Assembly (NCBI GenBank): GCA_964016885.1
Contig: OZ024749.1
Location: 47,430,001 to 47,494,000 of the forward strand
From: Eledone cirrhosa
Lineage: Eukaryota
Reading direction: 5' to 3'
DNA: 64,000 nucleotides
Positions 45,422 to 62,127 of this stretch are shown in pieces (position 1 is the first letter of the stretch; every line of letters begins with the position of its first letter). Position numbers and translations under genes: made by a program. A model generated the notes under the pieces. It had not been told where the DNA came from. It ran no database searches and saw nothing but the letters and a program-made list of their open reading frames with translations.

Positions 45422-47160
45422 GGGTATCAACATCATTGCCGTATCAACATCTCTAGAACTAGCATTTGAAACGGCAAGACATCAGCCGTTGGGTCCAGAC
45501 GTTTTTTGATAAAAACAATAGATACACATATATCTATGTGCTTGAGCACTTTCATGAGTGTGCATGTCAATTGTAAAGCATGCCTTAAGTTGAATTGACG
45601 AATACATTTCGACAAATCTCTATGCACTGTTACAGAAACCTTCGATGAAACCTGTTTTGCAATTTCACATAATCTTTGAAATAGTCGTCTTCATACATGT
45701 GGAAAAAGCAATATACAGATGCAAAGTAATTAATTTCTTTTAGTTTGGAAATCTTCGCCCTTGGTAAACAGTTATATAATGGAAAACATGTCATACGTTA
45801 CCATCAATTCTCCAACAAGAAAGAGGCGAGAATGCATCTCAAGAAACTTTACGTTACAATATCCAGTCAATTTTAATGTAACGAACTGTTACTTTCTATA
45901 TCGATCCCCCACAAAAATAAACTGTTAAATTAACTCCAGCAGAAATTGAAAATCACCAGAATGTAAACTGGATGAAATACATAGTCATATATATGGAAGA
46001 AGAATCACATATATGAAATCGCACACCCGTTATCCTGTTATTTCCTGATAATACTACAATAATATCCACGAGTCACTATATATATATTACGCCCTGCGCC
46101 TGATACGATTGCACTGCTACAATAGAAGTTAAGCAGTCAGAGCTTGAAACATAGTTGACCCCGAAGTAATATTATATATTTTACACCAAAATAAAAAAGT
46201 GAAGCCGGAAAGTATGTTTTCAATGTATTTAAATTACTTTCATATATTATTTTTCGTAGGGCATAATGAAACCATATATTTTGGAATTTTATAAAGATAT
46301 GAATAGAAGATACCTCTTAGTATAACATGCCATAGGAGAGAATCACAACAGATATCCAGTTTCTTGCAAACTATGTAATAGTAATTTATTTAGAGAAACT
46401 TTGAGAAATTACATTACACATGATAAAAAAATATATATAAATCATGATTTGTTTTGCATATGGAATGCTATGAAAATATCTGCTTAATAGATAAGAAGAA
46501 AATATATACGTGATGCATACTAATTATCATCGCCAACATACATTTACATTTGTATGATATTGAGATAGACCGTATTAATCTAAGTTCTTGAATTTTGAAC
46601 AAACTTGAGATATGTATATATCTATTAACGCACAGTCGAATTAAATTCATTTCGAATTAAGTGAAAACGTGAATAGAAAACACATTTCTGCGCTCTAATG
46701 AAACGAAAAATATTTGTTTGGTATTTTATTAAGTTTGTATATATTTGTAAAGTAAGTTCACATGATACATTGCCCTCTAGAGTTAAGATAGGTAAATATA
46801 AATGCGTTACCATCGGGTAATCTGCTAATTTTAATCTTCATGAAATTTGATTAAAGTAGACGTTGTCGCCGACAATCATATTCCCATGTATATGGGCTAT
46901 GGGGAATACACTACACATACACAATTATATATATATATATATATATATCTTCTCACACTCATACGTACATACTTACACCTTCACGCATTCTCCCACACAC
47001 TTAAACAGGCATGTACAATACAACCCATTTTAAAGGGAGTCTAATCTTTATCCACCTAACCTTAACTCTTTGACATTAGAGATAGAACAGATACTCTATA
47101 CCATTTCCTGTCAGCATGATTTGGCAGGCTATTTAGAACACTGGTTTAACCGCTTTACTT

Positions 47161-47197
47161 CCCTCCGAAGAAGAGATATTATCTCGAAAATTAAGGG
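47161..47197 (+). ncRNA. Minimal HHR (family C; element 47150-47362)
   Basis: CCCT-CCGAAGA-a-GAGAT att ATCTC-GAA-AATT-A-AGGG; the copy at 61899 has CTGAAGA. Confidence 0.65.
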
Positions 47198-47781
47198 CAT
47201 TTATATAAATGTAAGATAAAAGACTAATTGTTAACAATATATTTTGCATTTGCATTCTTTATTCTATGTCCATACCTGCATTGCTTTGGCTTTATTATAC
47301 ATATACAAACGTTTATACCTCATTACACAATGCTTCAAGTGAACTATAATTTCCTCCTTCCATATATATATATATATTGTAGACCTTACACTATTGGTTT
47401 AAAGTAGTGACTACTTTAAAACAATAGCGTAAGGTCTTCGAAATGCTTTTAATTAAGCATAGAGTGTAATACCAAATACACTATACATATATTCATATAT
47501 ACATCGCTATTTTAGAAAACCAATTCTAAGGAAAACAAACAAGCCATATTTTAATTAATCTCCGTCTAAATCTCCAATGTCGTGGCTTTCAATCTTCGAA
47601 TTCATAATACAATATTCAATGGCTACCAAATAAAAAAGACAACTCATGTATATTCACATAAGCATCATATCTATCTTTGTGGATATATAGTAGTATTTCT
47701 CTTAAGTATATGTGGATAACCGAAATTTACAGACGCAGTAGTAATTGTAGAAGGAGTATATATATATATATATATATATAT

Positions 47782-47815
47782 TACACATGATAAATTCCTC
47801 AAATATTAGAGTAAC

Positions 47816-47849
<34 letters not shown>

Positions 47850-47880
47850 GTTACTCTAATATTTGAGGAATTTGTTATGA
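47782..47880. repeat. Short inverted repeat around a (TA)n spacer
   Basis: aaattcctcaaatattagagtaacaatta / taattgttactctaatatttgaggaattt. Confidence 0.85.
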
Positions 47881-50800
47881 ACACTAGTTATAATGTGAAT
47901 TCTAAGTAATATATATATTCGGTTTCTGATTTAACAATTGGATAACAGATTTATCAGAATTCAAAACAGACGAAAACATCTTTATCACAAATTATGTCAT
48001 TGTTGACAGATTTGTAAAGTAACGCCGTTGCATATTTCTACATGACCTCTAACAGCATGTGTCAGTTTCTTATATCAGCCATGCCTTTGATACAAATTTA
48101 ATGGAAGAAAATTAATTGCATTGGAACTTCAGAAAAGAAATTCTTCTATAATATTGATAGGCAATTCATGTAACATTTCGTTTTAAATTCTGAACAGTTT
48201 ATCACAAGTTAAACAAGCAATATTATTCGGATATATATGACATCTTCAAATATCGTGACGAGTGGAATGTTAAGTTTTATTTTGTTTATCTAACACATAG
48301 AGAATGATAATGAACTTGAGCGACTATATATGATTTTCTTCTACAGTATTTACGGTATTTTGGTGCCGACTTGGGATTTACAATACATTTCATTAAATGA
48401 ACATTATTCGTGACTTAGTTCTAATTACTGCTCATATTGCGTATAGAACATACTAATCGTAATCAAATGAATTTATTCCCTAATTTGAAATGATGCATTA
48501 TCAGCCTAATCCTAAGCAATAACTATCAAGGTGATAAAGAATGGTTACCACTTAGTGGATATATGTATTGACATGTGTGCTCAGTACGTAGTGTCTCAAC
48601 TGGATATACATACATCTAAACTGCTGCGAATGTGTCCAGTGTTAAATGGTATCCTGTTTGCATGCTCGCTGAATTCCTGATAAAAGACTCCATAAAACAA
48701 GTTCGAAATTATATTGAAAATATATTGGATTTGTCTATCGACATCTCACAAATTGTTATTAAATTTTTATTTTATTTTATATACGAATTATAAATAATTG
48801 CATATGTAATGCGAACTTGTATTATTAGCAAATGCTCCACTAACGAAATAGAGTTAGACATATAATATTTGGTATCTTCTATAATTCAATTTAGATAGTC
48901 AAACGCATGAACTATGTTACAATTTGGCTTCTTATTTTATGTTTCTATTTCAATATTGCATTCTAATATTGTATGCAAATTTCCATTCTAATATGTTAAA
49001 TGCAGCGCTATCCGTATGCGAGATATCAACTTTATCAACTATAAATATATCATCTTTGTTTGAGTTATTATACTTTGAAATAATTCTCTTCCACATAATT
49101 TTAATTATTCTGTTTGCTTTTCCGCTATTGCTTTCTGTTTCTTTAATTTCAAAATTATAAATTATTCAACATCTTCAAACTTTAAATAGAATGGAACATT
49201 TCTTTCATTTCATAATTTAAATTATAATGTCCTCTTTTGTACTGCGTGTTGTTTTGAATATAATGCGGTGTATGTATTGTAATTAATAGTTAATTACATG
49301 CAAAATATAATGACAACCGGTGATACAATAATACGGACTGAATAGATGCAGTAGAGAAAGATTACCACTCAGATAACAGAAAACACAATCAAAAGCCGAA
49401 ATCCTAACGTCTAGAAATAGCCAATTCTAAATAGATTTAACATCCAAATCTAATTTTATTTTATACTTTTTCGTGTCAAATAAATTATTTAAAATGAAAT
49501 GTGTTACTTCCAAAATATAAAAAAAGAGGATGTAACCGAATTAATATCATCTCATTATATACACTTGGATCCAGGATTAACTATTTGTTGCAAATTCTCA
49601 ATAAGATTGAATTATTCTATGCATTCGGGGGCAATAATTATTTTAAAGAATACAAATTCTCTAAAAACTCTTGAGAATTCATGATTTTTTTAAAAAATAT
49701 CATGCACTTGTCTCTCATCACAATATATTACACCGGTTAATATTTATATACACGTATTTATATATTAGATGGAATAATACCAAATTTCAAATTAATAAGA
49801 TTAAATGTAAACTATGAAATGTATCAACAATAATCCCGGTAAACTATTAAGATACATTTATTTTCACATTATGTCTATTGAAATGTAAATTATATATTTG
49901 CATAATCTATTTGTGTTTTCTAGTACAACTACACCTCTAATTGCAGCAATTATTATGTAAAGCAATGTGGATCTATCAATCTACATAATTCATCATAAGT
50001 TAATTCCTGGAATTCTCATCAAGACACCTCCGATGATAAACCTATCACTAGTGGCTGGGAATAATTGATAGCTGTGAAAAAAAAGCATGTCAATTTTAAA
50101 ATCATTTTCAGAAAGTGATCCACCGGCAAATGCTGAAACATACGAGATTTTGAAAAACGTGTCTTATATAGAGGTAATTAAAACAAGTCCTTGTTCATAT
50201 AAATGTAAAACGTTAAATGGTATGGAAACTAACGTGTTTATCTATTTATGTGTATTTAGGTGTACAGTTACATATACATGTATATGTATCTAGGTGTAGA
50301 GCATTATATACATGTATGTAAGTATGTATTTTGATAAGAGTTTTAGAGATTCAATTGGACGACAACCTGTTCACTGACACCTTTAAAGGAATCAACTCTA
50401 TTTCAGTTTCCTTTCTGCGATGATAAATCATTTAATATTTATCAATAACTGTGTCAATTTATCAATATATAACAGGCAATATTCTCCATTTATCAATAGT
50501 TTACATGTGGTATTCTCAATTTATCAACAGACTATATGTTAAATTACCTTATGTATCAGGACTATATGTAAAGTACGAAATATCGAGCTTCAATATTTTC
50601 TCCAGAATTCTAACACAACGATACATTGGTCCGGGTACGAATATTCGTAAATTCACACTCATACATTAATTGATATTAAAGTGTAAAGTTCCTTTGGCCT
50701 TAGGAATTGAAACACGTTGTTATATAACTAACATGTGCATTGTGTTGTCTGTAATGTATCAGTTTGATAGTAAATGCAAGGAGTTGCGTAGGTTGTCCTT

Positions 50801-51456
50801 TATTACAGTCACAACGAGCCATATCAGACCAAATCGTTAAGAGGTTTTCTGCGATTATTTCCAAGTCCGTCATTTATTGTATACAAGCATCAGTTTCAAT
50901 GTATTCATGTATGCAGCGTTTCATTATACTGCTGCCTATATGTTGCTTATATCTCCCTATATTCCAGATTATTCTTCTTAACAAGGGTTATAGTATCTTA
51001 GGTAATGCTTAGCATTACCTAAGATACTATATTCAAATGTTGAATTGTGTCTTCATGTTTAATTTCTATATACTTTGTAAATGCTGGAATTAGTATAAAT
51101 GGTGAATTCGTCACTTGCAATGGTCAGTGGGAAGTATAATTTGCTGTCCTGTTCTGTAGGGTGGCACACACTGAAGTTAATGTAGGGGCCAAACATGCAA
51201 ATTATCACATGAGTGATATATTTTTTTAATGTTCATGTTTCTGGCTTGAGATCTTCAGTGTTTATCTATGCGCAATAATCCTATAGAATAGCTCGGGGAA
51301 ACGAAATTTCCATATATAGCTACGAGGAATCGAACTTCTTATCTGTCAGATACTAGCTAGGTGCATTGATCTATTAAGCCTAGGAAACATTCTAACTCTT
51401 TTCGTTTTACTCACAAACATAACCAGTAATATAATAACAATATGTTGAATTTATTT

Positions 51457-51458
51457 TA

Positions 51459-51548
<90 letters not shown>

Positions 51549-51599
51549 ACAGTAGTAGTAGTAATAATAGTAACAGTAGTAGTAGTAGTAGTGGTAGTG

Positions 51600-51662
<63 letters not shown>

Positions 51663-51685
51663 ATAGTAGTAGTAATAGTAGTAGT
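51457..51685. repeat. (TAG)n microsatellite
   Basis: Direct reading. Confidence 0.95.
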
Positions 51686-52303
51686 GCTGGTGGATGTGGG
51701 GGTAGGGTGGACGTTGCTGCTGGTGCTACTGGTATTTCTTGACATCCCAGTAAGGCAATAAAGATATTTAGTTCACGATTTAACCTGACCAATTACTAAT
51801 TCCAAATACGTCAGCAATACAACATATATATACTTTTAACGTCTAGCATCATGCATATCGATGAATGTACCATATACATTTAGAGATTATTCATGTTATC
51901 TTCTCGTATGTATTTCTCTCCTCTGGGAATTCTTGTTCTCATTTGACAATGAAGAAAATTGAATCCTACTTCTACTTTAGCTAGTTAAGAGTGAAGCAAT
52001 TGGAACTATAGTATTTGATATATTTAAGAGTGACACATGAATGGAATAGATAGTAAACAACATTGCTTTCAATGTATAACGAAAATATCATGTTAAGTAT
52101 GTTATATGATGTATACCATCGTATAAAACGTTGCTAAATCGCGAAGTCAAATTAGATGTTTTTACTCGCGTGCTCGTTACAAAGCTGCAAAGGGTAAGAT
52201 CAATCAACGGATCAATCGAAAGTATAAAGTGTATATGACATTATATCTGTCAACACATCTTCTATTGAAGAAATATATAGTCAATCGTTATCTAACATGA
52301 ACT

Positions 52304-52371
<68 letters not shown>

Positions 52372-52584
52372 TGTGTGTATTTAGTGTTTAACAAATCCGC
52401 TGGTAATTAAATTGTGGTAAGCGGACTTAGTATAAGCATGATGATGCTGATGCGAAAACATTTCAATAGATATAAATATGTCGTATCACTTTTGAATATG
52501 GAAAACAAAAACAAAAAGAAGAATATATATTTGATTTAAGGCTCAATGTTTACGAATATGCTTTACATTATCGTGACGTATTAT

Positions 52585-52705
52585 TGAGTTCAAATCCCGC
52601 CGAGGTTAACTTTGCCTTTCATCCTTACGAGGTCGATAAAATAAAGTACCAGTAATGCACTGGGTAATTGCTGGCCTTGTGCCAAAAGTAGAAACAATTA
52701 TTATT
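52585..52705 (+). mobile_element. 5'-truncated SINE
   Basis: tgagttcaaatcccgccgagg...gtagaaacaattatt. Confidence 0.9.
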
Positions 52706-54474
52706 GTCCACACATCACATTATTATATTTGACATTTTCTCTTCAATATATTTTTCAGAATATTAAGATTTTCTACAATTTACCCGGCATTCCTCGTGGC
52801 ATTATCATTCGTGTGCCTTTTATAAGTGATTACAAACAAAGCGAGATAAATAAGAACAAACACAACATATGAGAAACGTTGATTGGGGAGTAACAACATG
52901 AGCACACGTCCAATATTAAGTAAGGTTACCCTAATCCGTCGCCATATTTAACAATGTTTATTCGAAATATTAATTAGACATTTAATGGTCAAACACAGAA
53001 ATAATTATAATCGCTCTTGTAATTCTGTACATTCATGTTTTCTGATTGCTCATAACAGCTAATCGTGACAAATGAGAAAACGGTGGATTAGACTTTTGAG
53101 ATTAAGCTGCTTTAATATTTACATAATCACTATTTTAAGCTGAAGCCAATTGTGAATGAAATAGTAAAAATCATTCTGTATAGGATTTTCAATTACCTTC
53201 TGGCATTTTGATGTGATTCTTTGATCATTAATTTGTGTTTCACAAATGCTTTTCCAGTCTCATGTGGTAGATGACCTATCACTACTGACGGATTCAATAA
53301 ATATGCGGGTACATTTTATTTTCCATAATTGAACCACGTATTTATCCTATGATTATCTGCTTAGTGAAACATAATGTGTATGATAAAATCGTCCTGGAAA
53401 TGATATGACAATGAATGCAGCATGAAGTGTATAGATGGAAAAGAGGACCATATTATATTTTCGAGCGATAACAGCTAAATAATAAACATTGCTATATAAA
53501 AAGCTTAACCACGTGTTCCTTTGGAATTGAAGAGAGTTCAGCTTATTGTAAACAATCAACGTGCTTAACCAGTTTCCATTGTATTAGACCTCCTTTGTTA
53601 AAGGTAAAAGTCGATCCCCAGATGTTCTTTATGTCATTCGTGATATATACAAAAAGAAGGAAATAAATAAGAAGGATGATCAAACTTTAACGAATTTGTT
53701 TGATCTTTTTTGCAAAATGAAAAATCCTGAACGAATTGATGTGATATCGATCCTATAATAACCTTGATATTATTGTAAATTTATTGTAATCCCTCTCTGG
53801 AATGCTTAAGGAATATATATGATTAAGTCATCTTCTGTCGAATATACCATAATAATTCATTCATTATACCCCTAAGTGTTATAATACATATTCAGTTTAT
53901 TGTAATACTGATATTTATGTTGTTTTAATCAAAGGCATTACATTTTATTCCACAACATATACGAATGGATTATGTAACATTTTAACTGACTCGGTGATCG
54001 AATACATTATGTAAGCCATTTTGTTACTAATGAATGTATACGATTGGCTCTGTATTTTCTATGCTTAGTTTCGTTTAATGAAATATCACACGAAGAAGCC
54101 TCCATTAAATCACATTCCACAAACTGTTAGTCACCTCTAAGCTGACAATTCATCTTACTGGTCGTTATTTCATTGGTGTTAAGCCACTGAGATTACATAT
54201 CTCTTACAGGAGAGGGTGTCGGTCTATCGCAGGATTAAATCCACAGCTACTGTCGCTACTCACTTTCAGCAAGATGCAGTTGAGCAACATGAAATATATT
54301 GTTTTCTTCGGGGATATGAGAGAGCACCATGTCCAGGATTGGTTCAACAACCTAAAATTGAAACCATAAGGTATCACTCTATTTTGCCTAGATTAAACTT
54401 CCTTCTCTTAACAATGCTGATAACATATAATTGATATATCTGCTTAGGAAATATAACTTAGAGATGTAGAATAG

Positions 54475-54660
54475 ATAATTGTTTCGACTTTAGGCACAAG
54501 GCCAGCAATTACCCAGTGCATTACTGGTATTTTATTTTATCGACCCCGTAAGGATGAAAGGCAAAATCAACCTCGGCGGGATTTGAACTCAGATCGTAAA
54601 GGGACGTAACTGTGCTGGAAAGCATGGCGTCCGACCCTCTACCAATACTGCCAATCCACT
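54475..54660 (-). mobile_element. Full SINE with a probable target-site duplication
   Basis: Reverse-complement consensus; gatgtagaatagataat occurs on both sides (54463 and 54669). Confidence 0.9.
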
Positions 54661-55429
54661 GACCTTATGATGTAGAATAGATAATACAGGTTGCATAGTA
54701 AACATTAAAATAATTAATTCTGAGTAGGATTGTCAGCAGACGGGACAAGGCGAACTTTTAATAAAAATAATTTAATATAGTGTAACAATCACTGCAATCA
54801 TATCTTTGTGTAGAGAGTGTTAATATTTGCATCACTCAAATCCTTGACATATAATTTGCATCACTCTTCCTTGACATCTAATTTCTTACTGAAGGTAGAG
54901 TAGACTGACAATGTTCTTAGCGTTGAAGCGTTCAGAAGTCATATCGACGTTTCGATGAAATATCCTGTAAGAATGTGTGTGGATATTCCTGTCCACTCAA
55001 ACCATGTTTGCAACGTCATCTAGAACATATCTACGGATTAATGCAATGGGAAATGTGTTATGCTGAGAATATAACTCATGATAACTCTGGAGTTAGTTTT
55101 CCCTAATTCTAGTTTCTTTTGGCCAGGCTCATTTATGTCGCTATCTTCTCCGCTAATGCACTTATATTCATCATATATTTAATCGCCTAGCGGAAGAAAA
55201 TGACTGGTGACTGACTTCAGTTTTCCACTTTTGAATTCCAATACATTAAATATATGAGATAATTAAAAGTTTAATATTTTATGGAAAGTTTATAATATTA
55301 TATATCATTTCGTGTGCAAAGTTAATATATAAATATGTGATTTTACTCTAGATAAAAAGGTACTTATTTTATCGTCTGTAGAAAGATAATATGTCAGCTA
55401 GTGAGATCTAAACAAGGAATCATATTAAT

Positions 55430-55594
55430 TAATTGTTTATACTTTTGGCACAAGGCCAGCAATTACCCTGTACATTACTGGTACTTTATTTTATCGACCC
55501 GTACAGCGGGATTTGAACTCAGAATAGAAAAGGGCCGTGATTCTATGCGTCAAAGCATGACCTTCGACCCTCTACCGATACTGCCAATCCACCG
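55430..55594 (-). mobile_element. SINE with an internal deletion
   Basis: Reverse-complement consensus; aaggaatcatat occurs on both sides. Confidence 0.85.
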
Positions 55595-55900
55595 ATAAGG
55601 AATCATATGAATTAATGTGCTTGCAATATCTATTGTGAACTTGAATCCGCTTGTTACCATTTCCCACATTTCTATGTATCATCATAGTAACACTTCGTCA
55701 GCAGCTGTTCATTGTGGATATGGAGACATTAGATGCTCACAGAAATTCAATACGACGTGTAACATTTCTCATTTATATTAACTGACGGTCGCTATTAACT
55801 ACTAGAAGAATATTAAATTTCGAAGTAACAGCTCTGCGAAATAAAATATTAATGTTCATTCAAGATTATTGTGTAACACTAAATAGATAATACAACACTA

Positions 55901-56167
<267 letters not shown>

Positions 56168-56480
56168 CGGAGGTCTATGTCATTATGCCTGTGTGGCGCT
56201 ATCTACTCTTTGAAGAATATAATGCTATTCACCCACATAACATATACAAGTGTTTCACTTATTAAGCGTATATCAGTTCCGATGTAAATAGCCTACCTCT
56301 AAATAAGTGTCAGCCTGGCTCATTCTAAATGAGAGGTGGCAACGAATGTTGGCGTTGTAGCGTAATACATGGGCTTCTTTAACAATTCTATTAATTTAAT
56401 GTGCTCTTGCATTATAATAAGCTGCACACATGACGGGGATATTACCAAATATGAAAATGTTATTATTAACTTTTCTTGTT

Positions 56481-56665
56481 CTGGATTGGCAGTATCAGTA
56501 GAGGGTCGGACGCCATGCTTTCCAGCATAGTTACGTCTCTTTGCGATCTGAGTTCAAATCCCGCCGAGGATGACTTTGCCATTCATCCTTACGGGGTCGA
56601 TAAAATAAAGTACCAGTAATGCACTGGGTATTTGCTGGCCTTGTGCCTAAAGTAGAAACAATTAT
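56481..56665 (+). mobile_element. Nin-domain tRNA-SINE
   Basis: Full consensus. Confidence 0.9.
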
Positions 56666-56819
56666 CTTAAATATTTACGAAACTAAAATGCGTCAGTAAA
56701 GGATTTAATTAATTCTGTAATATGTACAGCTGTACCATTTCATATTTAAAGGATAATCTTAGAATTCCAACAAGTCGAAGATCATCCAAATGAACAGTTC
56801 AATGCAAGATACAGTTCAA

Positions 56820-57170
56820 AGGAAAACTCACTCAGGAGATAGAATGAATGATAAAGAGCATGGAAATATGGAGAAACATGATCCAGTGAATGAAGGGTTA
56901 GGAAAGTTGTGGCGAATGGGGAAAATGTCATTCATTCCAGCATTGATCGGTGCATTTGGGACACATCTGACAGTTTTGAGGAATACATTGAAACGGAATC
57001 GATGCAAGTTTAAATGTCATGTAGACGAAAACTCTTATCGGTGCTGTAAGGAAAGTGTTGCCAATATACGTTAGTGAAATGAATGCAATGGGGGACTGTT
57101 GTCAACTTGTTGATAACTGCTCCCCAACTGGAATTACCACCTGTCTTAAAGTCTCATTGTTTGATAGTTA
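56820..57170 (+). pseudogene. Degenerate 3' end of an R4/Dong-type RLE LINE
   Basis: D-RMNDKE...EKH...LGKLW...IPALIGAFG resembles the C-terminal RLE motifs (KE.EK..KY..L...W...P..IGALG). Confidence 0.5.
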
Positions 57171-57921
57171 CACAAATTAACCATAAAAAATAAGTATTAT
57201 TATATCTTTTAGTGTGGTTGTTGATGATAATTTTGTTGCAAATTCTAATATATTATCATTAGTATAATTTTGAGAAAAATGTTCGTATTATCAATATTGC
57301 TATTGCTATAACTAATGCCTCACCTCATGATATGCTTGAGGCTTTCCATAAGCAATTCAATTTGTATTTTTTTCTTTTTTTAAATGCAAAGCCTATGGTG
57401 ACAACTAAAGCAACGAAACGTTTACGTTATAAATTAACATCGTATTCATTTTTCTAGTTTTTCATATCATGTAGTCATGTATAAAAATAAAATTCGACAC
57501 TTTCAGCACAACTATATACACAATATTTATCTTATCATTAATTAAGCTTATAATGGTCCACATACTCTCATGTTTGTCATCAAAATCAATTCCTCACACC
57601 TTTAACATTAGTGGGATAAATTACTCCCCAGTTGCTCTTATAGGATTTCAATAGGATATTCCTACCTTTCCTTTGATGGCGGATTAATTAATTTAAGTAA
57701 ACAGAAATTGAGAAAAATAATATATTTAGCAAAATAATATAAGATATTGAATTCCAACAACTTAATTGGATTCTTAAGGTAATTGAATGTTATCTTTGTT
57801 TTTACACTTCTTATATTCTGATAAATAATGCTGCGAGTTATTTATCTAAGATATGTCTAGGAGGTTTTGAATGAGTTTTCTATATATCGTATCAATATTT
57901 CTATAGTTATTGTATGGGTGT

Positions 57922-58101
<180 letters not shown>

Positions 58102-58965
58102 TTATATAATTTATATATATATTATTTATGATAAGAACAGATTAAAGTTGAAGCAAAGTATCGCTACTTTCAAGGAATATTCTGAAATTCAATAAGGATG
58201 ATGTATGGATATAGTCATTATTGAATTCTCTTCGGATTTTAGTCTTAACAATTATTATTATTCTTTGAGTCACATTCGGTGGTGTCATTTAACTGGTCAG
58301 TTTGTTCAAACAAATAGCAATCCACTACCTGCAGCCTCAGATATTCAGCACCTTTAGGAGGTTCCATGCTCTTCCCAGCAAACATGCCTTTTGAAGAGTT
58401 CCAAAAAACGGTGTTGGACTAATAATAATAATAATATATATATATATATATATAGGGTGGCTGCCAACTCGTTTTCGAGTACGGCCACTATTTTATATAC
58501 ATGTAGGGGAACGCCTACCGACGCGCTGAACAAGTGTGACGTTTTAGTCCAGCCAGCGACTTGAAAACTCTGGTACAAACACTACATTTGTGACAATTAT
58601 TGACACATAGTGCTGGGCCATGGTACCATGTGACGACAAGTGCAGAGATATCCCCATATATAAAGCAATGCCTGTGCTGTGAAGCATTTATAGTGAGCAA
58701 AGTCACTGCACACTCTCTTAACCGAGATGATATTTACCAAACAGAAGAACAAGTCAACAGCATTGGATACCATCAGGGCTGCAGGTGTTATATCAGAGTT
58801 TTACTTCTAGAATTCTGCCTTGACAAAGGCTAAGGGTGTCATATCTCCCGGTGATTTTGGATGGCCATTGACACTTAAGAGCTCCTTTGCTCTTTGACAG
58901 GTTTTGTTTTTAGTCCTGCAGGATGTCCCAGGTGACCCTCCTCACTAAGAAACCAAATATATGTA

Positions 58966-59005
<40 letters not shown>

Positions 59006-59066
59006 CATATATATGTATATATATATATGTATATAAGTACATATATATATGTATATATATGTATAA

Positions 59067-60135
<1,069 letters not shown>

Positions 60136-60192
60136 TTTTTATATATATATATGTATATATATATAAATATATATATATGTATGAATATATAT

Positions 60193-60265
<73 letters not shown>

Positions 60266-60274
60266 AACCAGTAA

Positions 60275-60307
<33 letters not shown>

Positions 60308-60310
<3 letters not shown>

Positions 60311-60728
60311 GGAGGTGAGTTTTATTGTAGTACAATAAAGCAATGCAGATATCGGATAAGAAGCACTCTACAGTTTGTAGGACTGGAGTATACATAATAT
60401 AAGATCAAAAGATGGTTAAATGAGTTCCATGTATTTTATTATGCGCATTTCTAAAAACAAACATCATCATGCAATAATATTTGTGTTTTCATCAGATAAA
60501 ACAGGAGAACATGATATGAAGGCTAAACAACACTTGTGGATAGTGCAGTTTTAAATCAACATGTACATATGTTGATTTAAAACTTCACTATCCACAAGTG
60601 TTTTTTAGCCTTCATATCATGTTCTCCTGTTTTATCTGATGAAAACACAAATATTATTGCATGATGATGTTAGTTTTTGAAATGCGCATAATAAAATACA
60701 TGGAACTCCTTTAACCATCTTTTGATCT

Positions 60729-60730
<2 letters not shown>
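60308..60730. mobile_element. Family B hairpin with HHRs at 60434-60501 (-) and 60630-60696 (+)
   Basis: Near-perfect inverted repeat centred at about 60566; both arms carry CTGATGA...GAAATGCGCATA. Confidence 0.9.
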
Positions 60731-60767
<37 letters not shown>

Positions 60768-60777
60768 AACCAGTAAG

Positions 60778-60807
<30 letters not shown>

Positions 60808-60808
<1 letters not shown>

Positions 60809-60947
60809 GGAACCAGTAAGACCCCGTTTCGACGGCTTGAGCTCAGCCGTCGGGGTCTTACTGGTTCCTATTACCCACTCTACTACCCCGAGTATTGAGT
60901 ACTTTGGTGCGTTATGGTCCACCTGGTTCCTTACCACATTTCCTTCG

Positions 60948-60951
<4 letters not shown>
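60808..60951. mobile_element. Family A element, with 15-nt terminal stubs at 60263 and 60765
   Basis: aggaaccagtaagac occurs three times between TA tracts. Confidence 0.8.
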
Positions 60952-61040
<89 letters not shown>

Positions 61041-61376
61041 CATACATATAAATACATGTATATATATATATGTACTTATATACATATATATATACATATA
61101 CATGTATATATACAATACAGTGTTTACGTATCGAGACAGACCAAAAAGGGGAGGATAGGTGATAGATATAGTTTTTTGCCAAGTAGCGTATGCCAAAGGT
61201 GCTCGATACTAGTGCCGGCAGTGTTAAATATTCGAAGTGTTAATATTTAGTGGGCTAGATAGTTAGCAGAGCGTAAGCACGTGGACAAGTAAGAGATGTA
61301 TATATAGATGTGTACATATATACATGTATATATATACATATATATACATATATATGTATACATATATATATACATA

Positions 61377-61465
<89 letters not shown>

Positions 61466-61529
61466 GTGTACACACATATATATATATATATATATATCTG
61501 TGTACACACATATATATATATATATATAG

Positions 61530-61573
<44 letters not shown>

Positions 61574-61594
61574 ATACATATAAAGATGTATATA

Positions 61595-61677
<83 letters not shown>

Positions 61678-62058
61678 AAGGAGGAGGTTATAGTTCACTT
61701 GAAGCATTGTGTAATGAGGTATAAACGTTTGAATATGTGTAATAAAGCCAAAACAATGCAGGTATGGACATAGAAAAAATGCAATTGCAAAATATATTGT
61801 TGATAATTCGTCTTTTACCTTAGATTTATTTAAATGTCCTTCATTTTCGAGATAATATCACTTCTTCTAGTTAGAACGGTGGTCTGAGACCTTTATTTCC
61901 CTCTGAAGAATAGATATTATCTCAAAAATTAAGGACATTTAAATAAATCTAAGGTAAAAGACGAATTGTCAAGAATATCTTTTGCAATTGCATTGTTTTT
62001 CCTATGTCCAAACCTGCATTGTTTTTGGCATGGTTACACATATTCAAACGCTTATATT
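61678..62058. mobile_element. Family C asymmetric hairpin (HHR motif at 61899-61935)
   Basis: Arms 61720-61867 and 61903-62056 are inverted; homologous to 47150-47362. Confidence 0.85.
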
Positions 62059-62060
62059 TA

Positions 62061-62125
<65 letters not shown>

Positions 62126-62127
<2 letters not shown>

